Below, one piece after another: positions 57,619-64,000 of a stretch of DNA of 64,000 nucleotides. The translations under genes and the position numbers were made by a program. The notes under the pieces are model-generated. The model was given only the letters and a program-made list of their open reading frames with translations, searched no databases and was not told the DNA's origin. Source of the DNA: a virus. The number at the start of each line of letters is the position of its first letter. The first letter of the stretch is position 1. The stretch lies in the IMG/VR virus record IMGVR_UViG_3300037961_005428, positions 1 to 64,000 of that record. The stretch is one strand, 5' to 3'.

Positions 57619-59348
57619 TGGCAGAAGAAAAAGGTAGAGTTTCAAGAGCCCTTAGCGGGCTGGCCGACCGTTTCCGTCGCCGACGCACCCCCGAACCACA
57701 GATGCCTTTGTGGACCACGGGTATTCAAGAGCCCGTCATTATGCAGGGTATTACCATCCCTGCTCTCTATTCCGTGGCTCACGAGAATGTCATTTTGAGA
57801 ACCGTTATCACTACGCTCCAGCAGGAGATTTTCCGACGAGGCTACTACTGGGAGAAGGCGTATCACCGAAAGTGCATGGTCTGCGATAAAGAGTACCAGC
57901 ATGATGTGGAGATATGCACGCAGTGCGATTCTACTGAACTGGAAAAGCCCGACCCCGACAATCTCGTCTACCCCAAGTGGCTGATTGAACAGCGCAACAG
58001 CATGGAGCAGCGCTTCATTGATGTGCTGCGTGAGATTGAATTTGATTTGAATATTGTGGATGATGCGTTCATGATTTTGGTCAAGGAGTATTATGTGGAC
58101 CCGGAGTCCAATGAGATTCAATTCTACCGTATCAAAGAGATTTTGCGAGGCGACCCGATTTTCATGCGCATTGTTGCTGACAAGCGTGGCGTGCGTGGTG
58201 GTCGCTACAAAGTCTGCCCCATCCATCGTGACCAAGTTCGTGGCTACACGCAGAAGGAAAACAACTGTGAAGTCTGTGGGCACGAATTGGAGGATGTTCA
58301 CCATGTCAACACGGCAGGTGCAGGAAAGTCCCAATACTACATTGAGGGTGAAGTTATTCATGTCAGCAAGTATCATCCGTCTAAACTCTACGGTCGCTCG
58401 CCCGTGGCCACCATTTGGCGACAAGCCATGACGCTCACGGCCATGGACAATTATATGTACACAGCCTACTCAAAGCGTCGTGTCCCTCGTGGTTTGATTT
58501 CAATCACGACGGACAATGTAGAGTCCATGAAGTCTTTTTGGAAAGGCGTGGACGAAAAGTTGGAGCGTGACCCTCACTACATTCCTAAAATCGCTGTTGA
58601 AAGTCAGCAGGGTCGTGGCGGTGTGAATTGGGTCAAGTTCATGGACACGCTGGAAGAGATGCAATATATTTCAGTCCGTGATGAAATGCGAACCCGCATC
58701 GCTGCATTCTATGGTGTCTCCAATGTGTTCATGATGGACACAGGTAAGTCCGGTGGCCTCAACAACGAAGGTCTGCAAATCCTCGTAACCAATCGTGCCG
58801 TGGAAGCGGGGCACAAAGTCTACACTGAGAATCTGTTCCCTCGTTTGATGGAAGAGATGGATGTCCGTGACTGGAAACTTACGCTGTACCCCAACGAAGA
58901 AGAGGACGAAGTCACTCGCCTGCGACGAGACGAGATGGAGGTCAACATCGCCCAGCGCATGGCTCAACTTGGCTATCAAGCCGAACTGGTTGAAGAAGGC
59001 GGACGAGACATTCGCTTCATCTACAAGAAACAGGACATGCCTCCGGGCCAGCCCGGTATGCCCGGTATGCCCGGTATGCCCGGCGGCCCTCAGCCCATGG
59101 CGCAACCGGGTGGTTTGCCGACTCGCAACATTCCTCCGCAATTGGCGGGTAGTCTTGCGGGCGCTGCCAGTGCAGGTATGGCGGCTATGAACCCCGGTGG
59201 CGAAGGTAGAGGCTTGCGAAACCGTGGTCCTGCGGCACCTCAGCGATTCCAAACAGCCGGCTCCGGCTCACCAATTGGCAGTGTTCAGCAGCGCGGTCCC
59301 CCAGCGGGGCCAGTAGAACAAGCACGCCGGAATACGGGCGGTTTTTGA
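57618..59348 (+). CDS. portal protein with Zn-ribbon insertions and Pro/Gly tail
   Basis: Follows TerL; VIH...LYGRSP, RIAAFYGVSN; CMVC/CTQC and CPIH/CEVC inserts. Confidence 0.88.
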   Translation: MAEEKGRVSRALSGLADRFRRRRTPEPQMPLWTTGIQEPVIMQGITIPALYSVAHENVILRTVITTLQQEIFRRGYYWEKAYHRKCMVCDKEYQHDVEICTQCDSTELEKPDPDNLVYPKWLIEQRNSMEQRFIDVLREIEFDLNIVDDAFMILVKEYYVDPESNEIQFYRIKEILRGDPIFMRIVADKRGVRGGRYKVCPIHRDQVRGYTQKENNCEVCGHELEDVHHVNTAGAGKSQYYIEGEVIHVSKYHPSKLYGRSPVATIWRQAMTLTAMDNYMYTAYSKRRVPRGLISITTDNVESMKSFWKGVDEKLERDPHYIPKIAVESQQGRGGVNWVKFMDTLEEMQYISVRDEMRTRIAAFYGVSNVFMMDTGKSGGLNNEGLQILVTNRAVEAGHKVYTENLFPRLMEEMDVRDWKLTLYPNEEEDEVTRLRRDEMEVNIAQRMAQLGYQAELVEEGGRDIRFIYKKQDMPPGQPGMPGMPGMPGGPQPMAQPGGLPTRNIPPQLAGSLAGAASAGMAAMNPGGEGRGLRNRGPAAPQRFQTAGSGSPIGSVQQRGPPAGPVEQARRNTGGF

Positions 59349-59378
59349 AGCAAACTTAAAGACAAAGGTGGTAGTGGG

Positions 59379-59726
59379 ATGAACATGGACCTCTTGAAAC
59401 TGGACCCTATGGCACGCAAAATGCGCAGTCATGTTGATGCTTTTTACAAGGCATTGGAAAACAACGACCAAAACAGCGCGATTGACCACATCAATGAGGT
59501 TCGCAAGTTCGCCGAATATCTCTCCGAGGATGTTTCTTCGGCCATCACGAAGTCGGCTACGCCTTCTTCGGTTGGCGTCAACGACATCTACGCAGGTGGC
59601 GTGCCTGTGCGCAAGTTCAATGAAATGCAAAGTGTACATGCAACCACTGACCGTGTGTTGCCCGGCACCATCCGCACTTCACGCCGTGGCCCAATCATGA
59701 GCCAGCGTAACAACCGAACACTTTGA
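59379..59726 (+). CDS. putative head-morphogenesis protein
   Basis: Downstream of portal. Confidence 0.6.
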   Translation: MNMDLLKLDPMARKMRSHVDAFYKALENNDQNSAIDHINEVRKFAEYLSEDVSSAITKSATPSSVGVNDIYAGGVPVRKFNEMQSVHATTDRVLPGTIRTSRRGPIMSQRNNRTL

Positions 59727-59727
59727 G

Positions 59728-60111
59728 GTGAACAACTTGACTGACGACAATGAGGGGACCGTCGCAGAACAGTTGATGAACGCCTTGATTTCCAAAATGG
59801 AAGTTATGGATAGCAACCTGCAAGTGCTAAAAGCCGAGAATGAAGTTCTCAAAGGACTGGTCGGCGACCCAGCAGCCTTGCTAAAGAAAGCCGGCTTCGT
59901 GTCCCGCAAGACGGTGGCACCTGTGGATGTCATGCCCGACATTTTCCGTGGCGATTCTCACTTTGATATTTTGAAGAACGACAACGGTAGTGGAATTGAA
60001 ATCCCCACCTCCAACCAAGAGTTCCATGAAATGGACTGGGACGATATTCACCAACTTGCCGCCGAGGCCAAGAGTGCAGGAGCCCTCGGCAACCAAACAG
60101 GAATTGAGTGA
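59728..60111 (+). CDS. putative head-morphogenesis protein (coiled coil)
   Basis: ORF track. Confidence 0.6.
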   Translation: MNNLTDDNEGTVAEQLMNALISKMEVMDSNLQVLKAENEVLKGLVGDPAALLKKAGFVSRKTVAPVDVMPDIFRGDSHFDILKNDNGSGIEIPTSNQEFHEMDWDDIHQLAAEAKSAGALGNQTGIE

Positions 60112-60115
60112 TACC

Positions 60116-60538
60116 ATGAAGCCACGATTTGAACCACGGGACCCGGAGTTTGACCAACTGTTGAAGGAAGCCATTGAGTTGGAACAGCGTTTGCTCAAGG
60201 AGCAGGGTGTTGAGTTCACTCAAAAAGAAGGCACCGACCTCGGTGATGTTCAGTTCCATGTGCAAGTCGGTGGCGAAACCGGTGTGCAGAACCAATACTA
60301 CAGCACTAACCAGCGCACCATCAGCGTAGAGGACATTGCCAACAAAGGAGCCATCTCCGAGAAGTCAAATGTTCTTGACAAAAACCCCCACTACCCTACG
60401 GCTCTTTCCACTTTGGACGCTCACTTCCTTGACGGCGGCTCGCAAAAAGTGCAGAAGAGCCTCGTCGGCGCTGATGAGCACAAGTTTGCTGTGAGCGAAC
60501 TTCGCAAAGCGGTGCAGAAACTCCGAAGCCGCCTTTGA
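60116..60538 (+). CDS. putative head-morphogenesis protein (start 60116)
   Basis: GAGTGA RBS; MKPRFEP. Confidence 0.6.
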   Translation: MKPRFEPRDPEFDQLLKEAIELEQRLLKEQGVEFTQKEGTDLGDVQFHVQVGGETGVQNQYYSTNQRTISVEDIANKGAISEKSNVLDKNPHYPTALSTLDAHFLDGGSQKVQKSLVGADEHKFAVSELRKAVQKLRSRL

Positions 60539-60551
60539 AGGCGGTGATGGT

Positions 60552-63500
60552 GTGTCGGACGACATCCTTCTCAAAGACGAGTTTGATGTGGCTGACCAAG
60601 TCACGAGTGCTCAAACTCCTTCCCCCAACTTAGAACCTGTAGTCACCGGGCGAGAAGGTGAATACCCTGCACCGGATTTTGAAATCAGTGCAGGGACGCA
60701 AATACCCGAAACACTGGCCCCCGCGCACCCTCATGCTGAACGCATGACCGGGATTATGGACTTCTCCGAAATACCGGGTCGCTGGACATATGAAGGAGCC
60801 AACGAGCCATCCTTTGCACAACAGTATTCCGATGCTGGTCATTTTCCCGACACTTCTGCTCTCCATCCCGAGTTCAACCCACTGTGGTCCGGCCACCACC
60901 CCGAATTGGAAATTGCTCCTTTGTTTATCCGCAAGGTCCGTTCGTTTTACGAATCCGGGCAGTCGGCAATTGATGCACAAAAAGAAATGAATTGGGTTCT
61001 GCATCACATGACCTCCGGCAGTGGTGGCCAGCGCAATCCGATTCTCAACGCTACTGCTATGGGTGCTTTGGGCAGTGAGCATACCTCTCATGCACTATAC
61101 GAGAACAATTACAATGATTGGTTGGACACCCCTATCTATGCAGACGGTGGTACCGAGCGAGATGAAATGCAATACTACCTTGATAATGGCGCTTCACAAG
61201 AGGTAGTTGATGCGGTGTTTAGAAAGAAACACCTCGTGGAGTACGAGAAAAAATGGCAACACGACCCCGAGTGGAAGTTGGGTGAGAAGGACTACTACCA
61301 CGGCATGGAGTGGCTGAATCATGCCGAGCGAGAAGAAGCCTACAAGCACATGTACACCAAAGGTACAGACTCAATTTCTCATCAAAGCATACCTTCTCTT
61401 GACCAAAAATTTTCTGTACCTCGTGCTAAATACAGCAGGGCTCAGCGTGAATCTCCTGTGCACAAGCACTTCACAAGAGAGCCCATGAATACAGGTGAGC
61501 CCATTCAATCACCTATACTCAAAGACCCCTCGGTCACCGACAGTCGCCGCTTTATCTTTGAGCGCCTTTCCGGTAAGCGGGGTGAAGGATTTTATCAAGG
61601 GCTCATGAACCACCACACTTATCACACTGCAATTGAGCGTCAGCGGCGTAGCGAGTACAAAACGGCAAAGGAACCAAAGTACGGCTATCAGTTGAATATC
61701 AATCGGGACACAAGAGAAGTTTCAATGAAGCCGATTTCATCAAAGCACTTTGAGCCCAATAAAGAGGGCAAACTTACACCTCGGGGTTTGGGTCGGAAAG
61801 AATTGATGCTTATGGCGGGTGTAGAGTACGACAAAGAAAGAGACGAGTACAAATTTTACCCGGAAGGTCAACATCCATTTTACAGCAGTTGGAACCCCAA
61901 GGCCAGCAATGTCACTTGGACAGAAGGCCAAATCAAAGACTTCTTTACCGTCATGGATGAGGAGCGCAACGCTTTCAAAATGCAGAATGATGTAGCAAAT
62001 GCTCTCCAATTTCATGTCAACCATGCGGTTGCTACAGAAGGTACTGGTGCTCATCCCGAGATGTACACAGGCGGTGACCATAGTACACTCTCGTCGTGGT
62101 GGAGTTTGCACGGTATTGGTGGTCACGGTTCAACTTACAGCAAAAAGCGTGATATGACCCATAGTGCGTTTGAGTTCCCTAATGGTACAACCATTCACAC
62201 ACAGGGTCCTGTACCTTTGAACCCCGAGTTCATTGAAGCCGAGGAAGAATCCTTTGAAGAAAAAATTGCCCGCAAGAAAAGGGAAGCGAAGGAAGCGGTA
62301 AAGGAAGGCCCGAGAGGCACCCCCACCACTGTTCTACCCCTTGAGTTTCAATCATCCGACAATGTTGAAGAGCAAAGAGAGGCAGTTAACCTTTCACAAA
62401 GAGGCGAAGGCGGGGCAGTCGTTGCACGAGAAGGAGCCGAGGGACTGGCTGCGCCGTTCGGTGAGCCCCAAGTCAACGCTATGCTGTCAGACGGCACCTA
62501 CATCGTAGCCGACCCGACCAACATCAAAGTCGGTATGCTTCCTCATTCTGTTGCACCAAGGCGACGATTTGGCGGTAACGCTCACGCTGCCCGTAACAGC
62601 AACACTTGGGCATCCTCTTATCACAATAAGCAGTTCTTAATTCAACATGACATGCTCGCTACTGACGCCACCGAACAAGGGCAAGCAGCGGCACGAAAGC
62701 ACAAGGCGAAGCATTTGTTTGGGGAACACAACTCGCTGGTCAACTTAAACAACAAATTTCGTCGCCAAAACAACACAGATACTGACCGCTATGCAGCGAA
62801 GTATCATCATCTCATTCCAAGCATCATGGGCTTCGTTGCTCCCTCGGCCAATCCTCAGTCGGGCATCCATCATGCTCGTAATATGCCCGAAAACGCTCAC
62901 TACACAACGGCAACTGCTGCTGACTTTCAACGGATTTTAGTTTCCCCCACAGCGCAAGAAAAGGTCTTGCGAGAAGAGGGAGGTAATTTGCCTATACGAG
63001 CGGGCATGCCAGTTCCAAAAGAAGTGAGGGAAGTTGAAGAAAGACTTGAAGAGGCCCAAAACAAGTTTAGGCGATTGCATGAACTTTACGACCAATCTGC
63101 GAAAAGTTCCAAAGTGTCGGAAGAAGAGAAAGAGAGAATGATGGCGAGCATCAAATCCGAGATGCTAACACAAGAGGCACTGATAGACCAATTGAAAGAC
63201 GAGCGAGATGAAGTTGCTGAGGAAAAGTTCCCGCAGGACAACTATCATCGCCAGCAAATCAACCTGTTAGAGCAAGAGTTAGACCATGCTCACGCTGACT
63301 ACCTTGATGCAAAGGAAGAATTGGATGAACTGCTTGAATACAAAGAAGAGCGTAATGACAACAGTGCACACCTCCAAGAAAAAATTGATGCCAGCGCAGA
63401 AAAGGTTTCACAACACTACGGACTTATCAAAGAGTTGGAAGAACAGTTGGACCAACACTTCGTGAGTCCAAAAACAGAGGCGGCACGCAATAAAGAATTT

Positions 63501-64000
63501 GATAATTTGAAGCGCGTTCTCGCAAACCACTCAAATGTTATCGCTCAATACGGTGCTACGGCTATTGCTCAAGCGGCTGCTGAACAAGGATTTGACCTTG
63601 TTGCTGAGATGGGTCCCGATGTAGCAGCCGCTTTCAAAATGCGTCACGGCAACACTTACCTCAACACCGTACCTCACAGTGTCCACGGTGCGAAAGCACT
63701 CCACCCTGCCGAAGTAGAGGTGGTAGAAAATACGGGTGAAGTTGGCTTGGACCTTGCTCGGCTTGGACTCAATATCCGGCACCTTGCCCCACAGTTGCAC
63801 GGAAAACCACTTTCGTTAGAAAGTCCACCCGAAGAGTGGCTTGAGGCTTTGGGCATGCAGGCTTCCGAATATGACCTTGAAGGTAACAAGACAGCCGGTA
63901 AGACCAACATTGCGAGGGACGAAGCAGTTGCCAAATTGCGAGCAGTTCATAAAGAACTCCAAGGACGATTTCCCGACATTGATGCCTTTCATGTTTTGCC
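60552..64000 (+). CDS. very large (>1149 aa) putative virion protein, truncated by window end
   Basis: Not in ORF track; GGTGA RBS then GTG-SDDILLKDEF...; same frame open at the window end; His-rich, coiled coil near 63.0-63.5 kb. Confidence 0.75.
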   Translation, partial: MSDDILLKDEFDVADQVTSAQTPSPNLEPVVTGREGEYPAPDFEISAGTQIPETLAPAHPHAERMTGIMDFSEIPGRWTYEGANEPSFAQQYSDAGHFPDTSALHPEFNPLWSGHHPELEIAPLFIRKVRSFYESGQSAIDAQKEMNWVLHHMTSGSGGQRNPILNATAMGALGSEHTSHALYENNYNDWLDTPIYADGGTERDEMQYYLDNGASQEVVDAVFRKKHLVEYEKKWQHDPEWKLGEKDYYHGMEWLNHAEREEAYKHMYTKGTDSISHQSIPSLDQKFSVPRAKYSRAQRESPVHKHFTREPMNTGEPIQSPILKDPSVTDSRRFIFERLSGKRGEGFYQGLMNHHTYHTAIERQRRSEYKTAKEPKYGYQLNINRDTREVSMKPISSKHFEPNKEGKLTPRGLGRKELMLMAGVEYDKERDEYKFYPEGQHPFYSSWNPKASNVTWTEGQIKDFFTVMDEERNAFKMQNDVANALQFHVNHAVATEGTGAHPEMYTGGDHSTLSSWWSLHGIGGHGSTYSKKRDMTHSAFEFPNGTTIHTQGPVPLNPEFIEAEEESFEEKIARKKREAKEAVKEGPRGTPTTVLPLEFQSSDNVEEQREAVNLSQRGEGGAVVAREGAEGLAAPFGEPQVNAMLSDGTYIVADPTNIKVGMLPHSVAPRRRFGGNAHAARNSNTWASSYHNKQFLIQHDMLATDATEQGQAAARKHKAKHLFGEHNSLVNLNNKFRRQNNTDTDRYAAKYHHLIPSIMGFVAPSANPQSGIHHARNMPENAHYTTATAADFQRILVSPTAQEKVLREEGGNLPIRAGMPVPKEVREVEERLEEAQNKFRRLHELYDQSAKSSKVSEEEKERMMASIKSEMLTQEALIDQLKDERDEVAEEKFPQDNYHRQQINLLEQELDHAHADYLDAKEELDELLEYKEERNDNSAHLQEKIDASAEKVSQHYGLIKELEEQLDQHFVSPKTEAARNKEFDNLKRVLANHSNVIAQYGATAIAQAAAEQGFDLVAEMGPDVAAAFKMRHGNTYLNTVPHSVHGAKALHPAEVEVVENTGEVGLDLARLGLNIRHLAPQLHGKPLSLESPPEEWLEALGMQASEYDLEGNKTAGKTNIARDEAVAKLRAVHKELQGRFPDIDAFHVL

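Overview
The window is part of a large tailed dsDNA archaeal virus genome. Its gene set (PolB, fused PriS-PriL primase, PCNA, RFC, RPA-like SSB, ERCC4 nuclease, terminase, portal) and archaeal TATA/GGTGA signals best fit a magrovirus-like virus of Marine Group II / Poseidoniales; this assignment is an inference. 1-15.7 kb (minus strand) is a replication/repair module and includes an apparently catalytically dead ATP-dependent ligase homologue. 16.6-37.9 kb (minus strand) is a dense array of small early/accessory genes driven by a repeated 28-nt promoter; it includes an adenine MTase, a pyrimidine-dimer glycosylase, a SNF2/HARP helicase, ArdA, and a modular MIDTD...EVKRL gene family. 37.9-38.5 kb is a repeat-rich strand-switch region. 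38.5-64 kb (plus strand) is the late/virion region, with a small GTPase plus membrane-protein cluster, terminase, a LAGLIDADG-domain protein, portal, and a >1100-aa ORF running off the end. The most striking feature is a short peptide tag, P-[MLIV]-[DE]-x-A-W-x-[ILV]-L-K, on about 14 mostly unrelated proteins (a kinase-like protein, an ART-like protein, a HiPIP-like protein, basic proteins). It suggests a capsid-targeting/protease-processing system that delivers cargo to the host. A ~208-nt rod-like palindrome with its own promoter copy (35.3-35.5 kb) is a candidate novel ncRNA. All family calls are from motif recognition by eye, not database searches.
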